A model generated the notes under the pieces. The model had not been told where the DNA came from, did not search any database, and worked only from the letters and a program-made list of their open reading frames with translations. A stretch of DNA of 64,000 nt. It comes from a virus (taxonomy: Duplodnaviria; Caudoviricetes). Of the stretch, positions 30,233-38,890 are shown in pieces. The DNA is taken from positions 10,083 to 74,082 of the IMG/VR virus record IMGVR_UViG_3300017902_000306. One strand, 5' to 3'. The position numbers and the translations under genes are program-made. Position 1 is the stretch's first letter. Each line of letters starts with the position of its first letter.

Positions 30233-31486
30233 ATGAGCGTAGAAAGCAAAATCAGAGACTTTCTCAAGAAGGGTAAGGAGATCGAAGAATCTCTGCAACT
30301 CGCTGAAGAAGTCAATGAACTAGAAGAAAAGGCCGCAGCGGAGAACTTAAAGCCCAATGCAACGCCTGGAGATTCTACTAATCCTACACAGGGTAGCTCC
30401 AATCCTAACCCCGAAATGCAAGACCTCTCTGGAACTGGCGACAAGCATGGTGGATTAACTTCCCCCATCGGTAAAGCCGCTTCTGCAAAGTTGAGCAAGA
30501 TGGGTGAACTGGAGAACCAAGGTGCCGGTCAGGCTCCTAACTACGAAGGTGGCGAAGACACTGCCAGTGTTGTTGCACAACCTTCTTCAAAAGGTAACGT
30601 TCATCAAGAAGAAGTTGACGAGATCGACCCCTTCACTGGTGATGTGATTTCTGAAGACGAAGAAGTTGTTGCAGAAGAAGAAACCGAAGAAGAAGTTGAA
30701 GTTGTCGCAGAGGAAGAAGAAGTTGAGTCTGAGGAAGAATCAGATGAGTCAACAGAAGAAACTCTGTTTGAAACCGACATTCAAACTCTTTTTGCTGATG
30801 AAGAACATCTCTCAGAAGGTTTCAAGGTTAAGGCTGCGGAGTTGTTTGAGACAGTTGTAACTGCTCGCCTCGCAAACGAAATCGAAACAATCCAGACCGA
30901 ACTCGCAGAAGAAGCTGCTGCTGAAACTGAGAAGTTCAAGACCGACATGGTAGAGAAGATTGATTCTTACCTCAACTATGTTGCAGAGAACTGGATGAAG
31001 GAAAATGAACTCGCTATTGAACGTGGGTTACGCACAGAAATCACGGAAGACTTCATTAAGTCTCTCAAGACAGTTTTCCAAGAACATTATATTGAAGTGC
31101 CTGAAGAAAAGTATGATGTATTAGATGAAATGCAAAACGAAATTGAGGCTCTCAAGGGTAAACTCAACGAACAGATTGAGGCTACCGTTGATCTCAAAGG
31201 TCAAAACGAAGCAATGTTGCGACAGAAAGCTATCGCAGAGGCGTCTGAAGATTTGACCATGACCGAATCCGAGAAGTTGGCATCTCTTTTAGAAGATGTT
31301 GAGTTTGGTGATTCTGAAATTTTCGCTGAGAAGGTTGCAGTTGTTAAGGAAACTTACTTCCCGAAGCAAGGTGCATCTGATATCTCAGAGGATAAGTTGA
31401 CCGATACTGTTGACTCTAACTTCCTTGATGAAGGCAATTACATCAACAAGTATGCTCAGGCTATTTCAAAACAGATTAAAAAGTAA
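30233..31486 (+). CDS. gp22: Prohead scaffold protein
   Basis: Acidic; LSEGFK.KAAELFE, YLNYVAENW.KEN, FQEHYIEVPEEK. Confidence 0.92.
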   Translation: MSVESKIRDFLKKGKEIEESLQLAEEVNELEEKAAAENLKPNATPGDSTNPTQGSSNPNPEMQDLSGTGDKHGGLTSPIGKAASAKLSKMGELENQGAGQAPNYEGGEDTASVVAQPSSKGNVHQEEVDEIDPFTGDVISEDEEVVAEEETEEEVEVVAEEEEVESEEESDESTEETLFETDIQTLFADEEHLSEGFKVKAAELFETVVTARLANEIETIQTELAEEAAAETEKFKTDMVEKIDSYLNYVAENWMKENELAIERGLRTEITEDFIKSLKTVFQEHYIEVPEEKYDVLDEMQNEIEALKGKLNEQIEATVDLKGQNEAMLRQKAIAEASEDLTMTESEKLASLLEDVEFGDSEIFAEKVAVVKETYFPKQGASDISEDKLTDTVDSNFLDEGNYINKYAQAISKQIKK

Positions 31487-31492
31487 ACTTTT

Positions 31493-31500
31493 TATAAATA
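31493..31500 (+). promoter_or_regulatory. T4-type late promoter
   Basis: TATAAATA before gp23. Confidence 0.8.
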
Positions 31501-31539
31501 AACTTAGGTAAAACAAAAACCGAAATCAAGGAGACTACA

Positions 31540-32805
31540 ATGTATCTTTCTGAAGAAATCCAAAAGAAGTGGAGTCCAGTTCTGGATCATCCCGATTTGC
31601 AGGAAATTTCCGACCCGTATCGTAAGTCGGTAACTGCTGTAATTCTGGAGAACCAAGAAAAGGCTCTACAAGAAGAAAAGCAAGTCTTTTCTGAAGCAGT
31701 GCATGCCAACAACATGTCAGCTGCGATTGACACTTATGACCCCATCCTCATCAGTTTGGTTCGCCGTGCGTTGCCTAACCTGATGGCGTATGATGTCTGC
31801 GGTGTTCAACCGATGACTGGCCCCACTGGTCTTATCTTTGCGATGAAGTCGCATTATACTTCACAAACCGGCACAGAAGCTCTGTATAACGAAGCAGACA
31901 CCGACTTTGCTGGTGCTGGAACCCACGCTGGTTCCAACCCTGTTGATGGAACATACACAACAGGAACAGGTATCACTCGTGACAACGCTGAGTTGTTGGG
32001 TGACACCGTTACTCTTAACCAGATGGCATTCTCAATTGAGAAGACCACGGTTACTGCTAAGTCTCGTGCGTTGAAGGCAGAATACACTGTCGAACTCGCT
32101 CAAGACCTCAAGGCAGTTCACGGTCTGGATGCTGAGTCAGAGTTGTCAAACATTCTGTCTCAAGAAATCCTCGCTGAGATCAACCGTGAAGTCATCCGAA
32201 CCATCTACAAAGTTGCTAAGACGGGTGCTGCTTCAACTGCAACCGCTGGAACTTTTGACCTAGACGTTGATTCAAATGGTCGTTGGTCTGTAGAACGGTT
32301 CAAGGGTCTTCTCTTTAACATCGAAAGAGATGCTAACGTAATCGCTCAAGATACTCGTAGGGGCAAAGGTAACTTCATCATCTGTTCTTCAGATGTTGCA
32401 AGTGCTCTGTCAATGGCTGGTGTTCTTGACTACGCTCCCGCCCTCAACACTTCTCTGAATGTTGATGACACTGGTAACACTTTTGCAGGTGTTCTCAATG
32501 GTCGGTATCGTGTATACGTTGATCCTTATTCTGCAAACACTGGTGCTGCAAGTCAGTTCTACGTTGCTGGATACAAGGGCACATCACCTTACGATGCTGG
32601 TCTGTTCTATTGCCCATACGTTCCTCTGCAAATGGTTCGTGCGATTGACCCGTCTACTTTCCAACCTAAGATTGGATTCAAGACTCGTTACGGTATGATC
32701 GCTAACCCATATGTAACTCAGTCAGATGGAACTACTGATGCTGATACGTTCACTGCTGATCGTAACCAGTATTACCGTTCAGTCAAGGTAACAAACTTGA
32801 TGTAA
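31540..32805 (+). CDS. gp23: Major capsid protein
   Basis: LISLVRRALPNL.AYDVCGVQPMTGPTGLIFA, AKSRALKAEYTVELAQDLKAVHGLDAESEL, FQPKIGFKTRYG. Confidence 0.98.
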   Translation: MYLSEEIQKKWSPVLDHPDLQEISDPYRKSVTAVILENQEKALQEEKQVFSEAVHANNMSAAIDTYDPILISLVRRALPNLMAYDVCGVQPMTGPTGLIFAMKSHYTSQTGTEALYNEADTDFAGAGTHAGSNPVDGTYTTGTGITRDNAELLGDTVTLNQMAFSIEKTTVTAKSRALKAEYTVELAQDLKAVHGLDAESELSNILSQEILAEINREVIRTIYKVAKTGAASTATAGTFDLDVDSNGRWSVERFKGLLFNIERDANVIAQDTRRGKGNFIICSSDVASALSMAGVLDYAPALNTSLNVDDTGNTFAGVLNGRYRVYVDPYSANTGAASQFYVAGYKGTSPYDAGLFYCPYVPLQMVRAIDPSTFQPKIGFKTRYGMIANPYVTQSDGTTDADTFTADRNQYYRSVKVTNLM

Positions 32806-32834
32806 TAAAAAGAATCCCCACAAGGGACATTTTT

Positions 32835-32861
32835 AAGGGACTCTACGGAGTCCCTTTTTTT
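32835..32861 (+). terminator. Intrinsic terminator after gp23
   Basis: AAGGGACTC-TACG-GAGTCCCTT followed by a T tract; cUNCGg tetraloop. Confidence 0.88.
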
Positions 32862-32866
32862 ATGTG

Positions 32867-32874
32867 TATAAATA
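32867..32874 (+). promoter_or_regulatory. T4-type late promoter for the riboswitch-peptide unit
   Basis: TATAAATA directly after the gp23 terminator. Confidence 0.75.
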
Positions 32875-32920
32875 ATTATTGCCCACTCGGGCTCCATAAG
32901 TCATGGGTGAAAAGACTACA

Positions 32921-32982
32921 TTCGTTCATCCACCCTAAATGTAGCGGTGGACGGAAGTAGGCAATTCCGCCGAAGGAACGCA
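32921..32982 (+). ncRNA. Glutamine riboswitch (glnA RNA motif, class I)
   Basis: CGTTCA...GACGGAAGTAGG...CCGAAGGAACGC. P1 CGTTC/GAACG, P2 TCCACC/GGTGGA, AGUA/GAA E-loop, P3 GGC/GCC; SD GGGAGG follows ~10 nt later. Confidence 0.85.
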
Positions 32983-33003
32983 TCTTCTAAAGGGAGGTGT
33001 TAT

Positions 33004-33177
33004 ATGACTACACAACTAAACTACAGAGGCGTTAAGTATAACGAACTTATAACTCAAAAGGCAGAGATGCCTTTAGAGATGTTATATCGTGGCGCTAAAT
33101 ACGATCCTACTCAGAGACAACAGAATGTTCCTGCTAAATCTGGAATATACCGTGGTTCTAAGTGGAGTTTAGTCTAA
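33004..33177 (+). CDS. DUF4278-like 57-aa peptide
   Basis: MTTQLNYRGVKY...LYRGAKY...IYRGSKW; strong SD at 32992-32997; the listed ORF start (32947) lies inside the riboswitch. Confidence 0.8.
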   Translation: MTTQLNYRGVKYNELITQKAEMPLEMLYRGAKYDPTQRQQNVPAKSGIYRGSKWSLV

Positions 33178-33186
33178 GCTAAAAAG

Positions 33187-33212
33187 AAGGGCAACCTTGC
33201 GTTGCCCTTTTC
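33187..33212 (+). terminator. Intrinsic terminator
   Basis: AAGGGCAAC-CTTGC-GTTGCCCTT-TTC; A tract on the 5' side, so possibly bidirectional. Confidence 0.75.
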
Positions 33213-33220
33213 TCATCTCT

Positions 33221-33228
33221 TATAAATA
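33221..33228 (+). promoter_or_regulatory. T4-type late promoter
   Basis: TATAAATA just before gp3. Confidence 0.75.
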
Positions 33229-33233
33229 GAAGT

Positions 33234-33821
33234 ATGGCATATACACCGACAATCGCAATAAACCAAGGAACCCACACTGCTCAATCAAGTAGTGAGTTGG
33301 ATTACTTACGGCCTAATGGTTTTAAGTTCCAAGTGCATAACATACCGCATGTCGCATTTTTCTGTCAGGGTGCAAACATTCCAGATATTAGTATGGGATT
33401 TCCTGTTCAGACTACACCACTTTCTGACATACCATACCCAGGCGATAAGATTGCTTTCGGTGATCTAAACATTCGATTCCTCATTCAAGAAGACATGACA
33501 AACTACAAAGAGTTATATGATTGGATGATCGGATTGGGTTCGCCAGAAAAACACTCACAGTATACAGACTACATCAAGACACAAACATGGAGAACTGCGA
33601 GTGCAAGAAAAGACAAACAGGAAGCTCTCGCACAAGTAAGTGACGCAAGTTTGTTTGTCTTGGATTCAAACGACAATCCAAAGATAGAAATTATTTTCAA
33701 AGATTGTTTTCCAGTTGCTCTTGCCGGACTTGACTTTGATCTTTCTGGTGGAGACCAACCCTATTTTGTAGGAATCGCATCATTTAAATATCGTATATAT
33801 ACTATTAGACCTATGAGTTAA
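33234..33821 (+). CDS. gp3: Tail tube terminator/completion protein (gp3-like)
   Basis: YLRPNGFKF, FFCQGANIP.I, PYPGDKI.FG.L.IRFLIQEDM.NY.ELY.W; usual position after gp23. Confidence 0.8.
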   Translation: MAYTPTIAINQGTHTAQSSSELDYLRPNGFKFQVHNIPHVAFFCQGANIPDISMGFPVQTTPLSDIPYPGDKIAFGDLNIRFLIQEDMTNYKELYDWMIGLGSPEKHSQYTDYIKTQTWRTASARKDKQEALAQVSDASLFVLDSNDNPKIEIIFKDCFPVALAGLDFDLSGGDQPYFVGIASFKYRIYTIRPMS

Positions 33822-33835
33822 AATTTGGATTTATT

Positions 33836-34279
33836 ATGGCAACATTGATTGAACTTCAGTCTCAATGGGCTGAGGATTGTAAACTTGATGAATTAGACTT
33901 AGGTAGTGAATCTACCAGAACCCCCGTGTTACACTCAAAGTATGTAACCCTTCTTTCAAATTCCAAACTCCAACTCCGCAAAGCAGTCGCAGATTTGAAA
34001 CGACTTGAGAATATCAAGTCCGACTACTATCGGGGTGAGTTATCAAAGGAGGAACTTGATCAACTAGGATGGGAACCTTGGAGAAAGAACGCCGTGTTAC
34101 GATCTGACATGAGAGATCAGTTAGACAGTGACCCAGATGTTATCAAACAACAGGATAAAGTCTATTACCTAGAAACAACCGTTGATTTTTTGGATCGTGT
34201 TCTACGCAGTTTAAATAGTAGAGGATGGGACATCAAAAACGCAGTGGAGTGGAATAAGTTACAATCTGGCCTCATATGA
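33836..34279 (+). CDS. uvsY: Recombination mediator UvsY
   Basis: W.EDCKLD..DL..ES...P.LHSKY, R.WDIKNA.EW.K. Confidence 0.9.
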   Translation: MATLIELQSQWAEDCKLDELDLGSESTRTPVLHSKYVTLLSNSKLQLRKAVADLKRLENIKSDYYRGELSKEELDQLGWEPWRKNAVLRSDMRDQLDSDPDVIKQQDKVYYLETTVDFLDRVLRSLNSRGWDIKNAVEWNKLQSGLI

Positions 34280-35769
34280 TTTGGGTAAAACAAAAAGATA
34301 ACGTCCACGTTTATGTGGAAGCAGACGATGGCATAAGGAGAGAGATATCAGATTTCTTTACCTTTGAAGTCCCTGGCGCCAAGTTTATGCCATCATACCG
34401 TAATAGATATTGGGATGGTAAGATACGACTCTACAATGTAAACAAGTGTGAGTTGTATATCGGCTTGGTTCCCTACCTACTGGAGTTTGCAAAACAATTA
34501 GAATACAAAGTCCAAGTTGATCTTGAACCTTTTGGTGAGAAGATTACGAAGGAAGAAGTATCAGAATTTTGTGGTGCATTGAAACTGCACAGTCAAAAGA
34601 AACCAATTGAAGCGAGAGACTATCAACAGTCTGCGATTCACGAGGGTATCAACTCAGGTAGAACTTTACTACTGTCACCCACTGCAAGTGGTAAATCACT
34701 AATCATTTATTCACTGGTTAGATATCATCAAGCATTGGGTAGAAAACAATTGATCGTAGTTCCTACCACCTCACTGGTAGAACAAATGTATGGTGACTTT
34801 AGAGACTACTCCACTCACAACGGATTCAAAGTAGCAAAACATTGTCACAGAATTTACGGTGGGAAAGAAAAATCAAACGCCGCTGATGTAGTGATATCTA
34901 CATGGCAATCTATCTACAAGTTCCCACAGAAGTGGTTTGAACAGTTTGATGTGGTGTATGGTGACGAGGCTCACTTGTTCAAGGCAAAGTCATTGATGAC
35001 TCTCATGGATAAGTGTAAGAACGCACGTTTTAGAATCGGAACCACAGGAACCCTTGACGGAACAAAGACACACAAGTTGGTGTTAGAAGGTGTGTTTGGC
35101 CCAGTGTTCAAGGTAACAACCACTAAGAAATTGATGGACAGGAAGGAACTGGCAGACCTAAAAATTATTTGTATGATTATTGGATACAGTGATGAACAAA
35201 GAAAACTGGTATCCAAAATGACTTATCAAGAAGAAATGGACTTCCTAGTATCCAACCCAGAAAGGAACGACATTCTGGCGAAGCTGGCGGCGTCACAGAA
35301 GGGTAATACGCTGGTTTTATACCAGTATGTAGAAAAACACGGAGACCATCTACACAAGTTAATCAGTGGATACGCACATGGTAAGAAAGATGTTCACTTT
35401 GTATGGGGTGGAACAGATACAGAACAAAGAGAAGAAATTAGATACTTGACAGAACAATCAGATAATAGTATCATTGTTGCCTCATACGGAACCTTTTCTA
35501 CTGGTATAAATATAAGAAACCTACACAATGTGGTGTTTGCTTCACCAAGTAAGAGTAGGATCAGAAATCTACAGAGTATCGGTAGAGGTCTGAGAAAAGG
35601 TAACAACAAATCGTCATGTAATTTGTTTGATGTTGGTGATGACCTCTCTTGGAAGTCTAAGAAGAATTACACTTTGAACCATGTCTTAGACCGAATCAAA
35701 TTATACAATGAAGAAAACTTTGATTATAAAGTAATAAGGATATCGTCAGATGGGAACATGCAAACCTAG
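34276..35769 (+). CDS. uvsW: DNA/RNA helicase UvsW
   Basis: WDGKIRL, SPTASGKS, GDEAHLFKA, GTTGT, LQSIGRGLR. Confidence 0.96.
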   Translation: MIWVKQKDNVHVYVEADDGIRREISDFFTFEVPGAKFMPSYRNRYWDGKIRLYNVNKCELYIGLVPYLLEFAKQLEYKVQVDLEPFGEKITKEEVSEFCGALKLHSQKKPIEARDYQQSAIHEGINSGRTLLLSPTASGKSLIIYSLVRYHQALGRKQLIVVPTTSLVEQMYGDFRDYSTHNGFKVAKHCHRIYGGKEKSNAADVVISTWQSIYKFPQKWFEQFDVVYGDEAHLFKAKSLMTLMDKCKNARFRIGTTGTLDGTKTHKLVLEGVFGPVFKVTTTKKLMDRKELADLKIICMIIGYSDEQRKLVSKMTYQEEMDFLVSNPERNDILAKLAASQKGNTLVLYQYVEKHGDHLHKLISGYAHGKKDVHFVWGGTDTEQREEIRYLTEQSDNSIIVASYGTFSTGINIRNLHNVVFASPSKSRIRNLQSIGRGLRKGNNKSSCNLFDVGDDLSWKSKKNYTLNHVLDRIKLYNEENFDYKVIRISSDGNMQT

Positions 35770-36214
35770 TATTATTTGTCTCGACAACGGATTACAACTG
35801 TGTGCCGGTATACTTGACGGAACAGAAGATGATGAAATTGTATCCACTACTTTCCCGCTAGAAATTCGTAGGATTGAAGTGGGCCCAACAACCGAGGCAA
35901 TATCATTACGGCCGTGGTTATCATTCACTGTAAGAAATAGTTTCAAACTTAAACAGTCAAAAATTTTGGCGATAACGCCCCTGCATGAACAATACCACGA
36001 AGATTTTTTTAAGATGACAACTTCCTACATGGAAGATAGAAACGTGCCACTAGAATTTAGTCAAGAAGATGACACCAAGGACTACTATGACTTGGCGAGA
36101 CAGATTATGGCTGAAGAACCACCAGATGAGTGGTTAGAACAACACGACAATTTGACATTGGAAGAATTGATGGAGTCACTAAAAAATATGGGGCCAAAAA
36201 GAAATTTACATTAA
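35750..36214 (+). CDS. Hypothetical protein
   Basis: 154-aa ORF overlapping the end of uvsW; occupies a conserved slot before gp55. Confidence 0.6.
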   Translation: MGTCKPSIICLDNGLQLCAGILDGTEDDEIVSTTFPLEIRRIEVGPTTEAISLRPWLSFTVRNSFKLKQSKILAITPLHEQYHEDFFKMTTSYMEDRNVPLEFSQEDDTKDYYDLARQIMAEEPPDEWLEQHDNLTLEELMESLKNMGPKRNLH

Positions 36215-36242
36215 GCTGTATATCCCTTAGAGGCACAGCTCG

Positions 36243-36271
36243 ATTATAATGATTTTGACAACAGATGTCAA
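36243..36271 (-). promoter_or_regulatory. Antisense-facing sigma70 promoter
   Basis: Minus strand reads TTGACATCTGTTGTCAAAATCATTATAAT (TTGACA-17-TATAAT). Confidence 0.55.
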
Positions 36272-36287
36272 GGGTATTTTTTTATCA

Positions 36288-36316
36288 TTGACATCTGACT
36301 AAGAATACCGTATAAT
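36288..36316 (+). promoter_or_regulatory. sigma70 promoter for gp55
   Basis: TTGACA-17-TATAAT. Confidence 0.85.
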
Positions 36317-36341
36317 GTTTTGAATTAGTAAGGATTTAATT

Positions 36342-36938
36342 ATGGCAAAGAAGAAAACAGAGAACAGGCATTACGTCAACAACAAAGAATTTCTGGCGGC
36401 GATGACTGAGTATCGCACTGCTAGGGTTGCTGCTGAGGAAGCAGGAGAAACACCACCCCGTGTATCAAACTACATTGGTGAGTGTTTTGTCAAGATTGCA
36501 AACCACCTCGCATACAAATCTAACTTTGTAAACTACACCTTCAGAGAAGAAATGATTCTGGATGGTATTGAAAATTGTATCACATACATCAATAACTTTG
36601 ATCCTGCCAAATCATCCAATCCTTTTGCATACTTCACACAGATAACCTACTACGCCTTCTTGCGTAGGATTCAGAAAGAAAAGAAACAACTGGATGCTAA
36701 ATACAGATACATTCAGAGTTTAGACTTACAAAACATGATGGATGAACTTGCCGCTGATGGGGGGTCTAACGAGTATCTTGAGTATATGAAGCGACAGATT
36801 GAGGAAGCAGACAAACAGAACGAGAAGTTTGCCAACGAAGGTAAGAACATTCCAAAACGAAGACCTAAATACTTCAATGACAAAGAGGCTCTTGCAGTTG
36901 CTAAGGAGAAAATTGACGCACTCAAAGATGCCCCGTAA
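36342..36938 (+). CDS. gp55: Late sigma factor
   Basis: HYVNNKEFL, YIGECF.KIA.HL, NYTFREEMI.DGIENC, NPFAYFTQI.YYAFLRRIQKEKKQ. Confidence 0.96.
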   Translation: MAKKKTENRHYVNNKEFLAAMTEYRTARVAAEEAGETPPRVSNYIGECFVKIANHLAYKSNFVNYTFREEMILDGIENCITYINNFDPAKSSNPFAYFTQITYYAFLRRIQKEKKQLDAKYRYIQSLDLQNMMDELAADGGSNEYLEYMKRQIEEADKQNEKFANEGKNIPKRRPKYFNDKEALAVAKEKIDALKDAP

Positions 36939-36952
36939 CGAAAGTTGAGAAG

Positions 36953-37183
36953 ATGGAAAATAAAGTAAAAACCCAAAAAACAAAAACTTCTTGGTTAGGT
37001 AGTTTCGGAAAATTTTTTGTAGACGGGGCCAAGTTAAGTGTTGACCCTGACCCCGATGAAGTAAACAGTGAAAATGCCTACAAAACGAGATGGGTTTGGT
37101 ATCATACAATGTTGGGTATTCTCATTTTGACTACCAACATATTGCTAGTCGCTATACTGATAGTCCTAGCAGTGAAACTTTGA
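36953..37183 (+). CDS. Small membrane protein
   Basis: 76 aa with a C-terminal hydrophobic helix. Confidence 0.55.
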   Translation: MENKVKTQKTKTSWLGSFGKFFVDGAKLSVDPDPDEVNSENAYKTRWVWYHTMLGILILTTNILLVAILIVLAVKL

Positions 37184-37215
37184 CCCTTGACACCCGCTTG
37201 GTTTGTGTGTATAAT
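37184..37215 (+). promoter_or_regulatory. sigma70 early/middle promoter
   Basis: CCC-TTGACA-17-TATAAT. Confidence 0.85.
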
Positions 37216-37241
37216 GTAATGAATACTAGGGGGTATATATT

Positions 37242-37781
37242 ATGAACGCATTTGGACTTGACCGCAACTACACCGTAGCTGCAATGTTACACAACGACAA
37301 ACACGTTGTGAAAATGAACATCGAATACTGTCAACTTATGTCTACTGCTCATCGTGTTCTTGATGGTGAAGAATACTATGACAAGACTAAGAACAATCGC
37401 CGTATCAAACGATGGCGGTTGGATGATGTTCATATGGAGAACACACTCTACAAAGCATCTCATATCAATCACCCGACAAACATCTGGGTGCGATCCACTG
37501 TGGGTAATTACCTATGGATGTATGGTCTGTGGGAATCTCTCGCTGAGGAATACACACACCGATACGGCAAGGTTCATGCCTCGTGGGAAAAATTGCACAA
37601 TGAATTGGCGATGCCACCAAAAAACATTCCTGATGGCCCTTTTCAAGAAATACCACAGGCAATGCCAGATGATGTCAAACGTGATGACTTTGTTGAGGCG
37701 TATCAAGAATACTATCGCAAATACAAAGCACACTTCTCTAAGTGGACTAACAGACCCACACCAGAATTTATGTTCGTATGA
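37242..37781 (+). CDS. Pyrimidine-dimer DNA glycosylase-like (DenV/Pyr_excise family) protein
   Basis: HNDKHVVKM..EY.QLMSTAH, H.NHP..IW.R, EY.HRYGK.H, AY..YY...K..F.KW..R..P. Confidence 0.7.
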   Translation: MNAFGLDRNYTVAAMLHNDKHVVKMNIEYCQLMSTAHRVLDGEEYYDKTKNNRRIKRWRLDDVHMENTLYKASHINHPTNIWVRSTVGNYLWMYGLWESLAEEYTHRYGKVHASWEKLHNELAMPPKNIPDGPFQEIPQAMPDDVKRDDFVEAYQEYYRKYKAHFSKWTNRPTPEFMFV

Positions 37782-38890
37782 TTTTAACAAAAGAAGATTC
37801 ATACTACGCTAGCAAAATGGTTGTCGAATACTTCTCAAAGTTTGAGAGGATTGATGATTATTTTCGTGCGAGAAAGATTGAGAGGGTAAAACAATTACCA
37901 CCCCCTCTACTTGGCATGAGCGTAGAAGATGATATGTTTCAAGATTGGGAAACGCCACCAGAAGACTTAGACTTTGAAGTTGTTCAGATGAACAATGAAA
38001 TCTTTGATCAGATGTTGGAAATGACAGCTTCGTTTTCCCCCGATGAGGCGCCAGGAAAATCTCTCAAACTTATTGTGAAAGAGACCAACTCTAACAAAGC
38101 AGTTGGGTTTATCAAGATGGGTTCCCCCCTCATCAACTCTAAACCCAGAAATGAGTATCTTGGTGGCGTTCCCGATCTTGGCATTTTTAATCAACGTGCA
38201 ATCATGGGATTCAACATTGTTCCCGTCCAACCATTCGGTTTCAATTATCTTGGGGGTAAACTGATGGCTGCGATTTGTTGTTCGCATGATGTTCGCAGAA
38301 TGTTGAACAAGAAGTATGACACGGAGTTTTGTTTGTTTGAAACAACATCTCTCTATGGCAACATTAAGGGCGCATCTATGTATGATGGTATGCGCCCGTT
38401 TCTTAGATACAAGGGTGATACCATGTCATCCTTTTTATTGACTATGGGTGAGGATATATACTTTCATTTGAGAGATTGGTTTGAAGAAAGAAACAATGAC
38501 GAACCTCTCATTCACAAAGGCGCATCAAGTAGAAAACTAAAGTATCAGACAAAGATGATACAAATAATCAAGGCGTCACTCAAGGAGCACGATGAGAAGG
38601 GATATAATATGTTTTGTGATGTCATTAGTAAGTCTACTGATGTCACCACAAATAAAAGATTTTATATGTCTGAGTATGGATACACAAATACCAAGGATGT
38701 TTTACTTGGCAAAACGGACAAACTGGAGAAGGCAGAGAATTTTGATAGATTTGAACTACCTGAGATTATCAAGTGGTGGAAAAAACTAGCAACCAAACGC
38801 CACAACAACCTCATGTCGGATGGTAGAATCCGCAAAGAGTTAGAAGTGTGGAATCACGATACAATTGATAAGATAGATATTATAAGATGA
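37778..38890 (+). CDS. DUF4338/DruA-like protein
   Basis: GFIKMGSP...R..YLG, IVPVQPFGFNYLGGKL.A, FETTSLYG...S.YDG; family recalled, not searched. Confidence 0.6.
   Translation: MILTKEDSYYASKMVVEYFSKFERIDDYFRARKIERVKQLPPPLLGMSVEDDMFQDWETPPEDLDFEVVQMNNEIFDQMLEMTASFSPDEAPGKSLKLIVKETNSNKAVGFIKMGSPLINSKPRNEYLGGVPDLGIFNQRAIMGFNIVPVQPFGFNYLGGKLMAAICCSHDVRRMLNKKYDTEFCLFETTSLYGNIKGASMYDGMRPFLRYKGDTMSSFLLTMGEDIYFHLRDWFEERNNDEPLIHKGASSRKLKYQTKMIQIIKASLKEHDEKGYNMFCDVISKSTDVTTNKRFYMSEYGYTNTKDVLLGKTDKLEKAENFDRFELPEIIKWWKKLATKRHNNLMSDGRIRKELEVWNHDTIDKIDIIR

Noticed and set aside
32947-33003. 76-aa ORF start as given in the track
   Set aside because: It begins inside the riboswitch; the strong SD supports ATG 33004.
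37778-38890. Druantia anti-phage system
   Set aside because: Only a DruA-like gene is present; no DruE helicase or other components.
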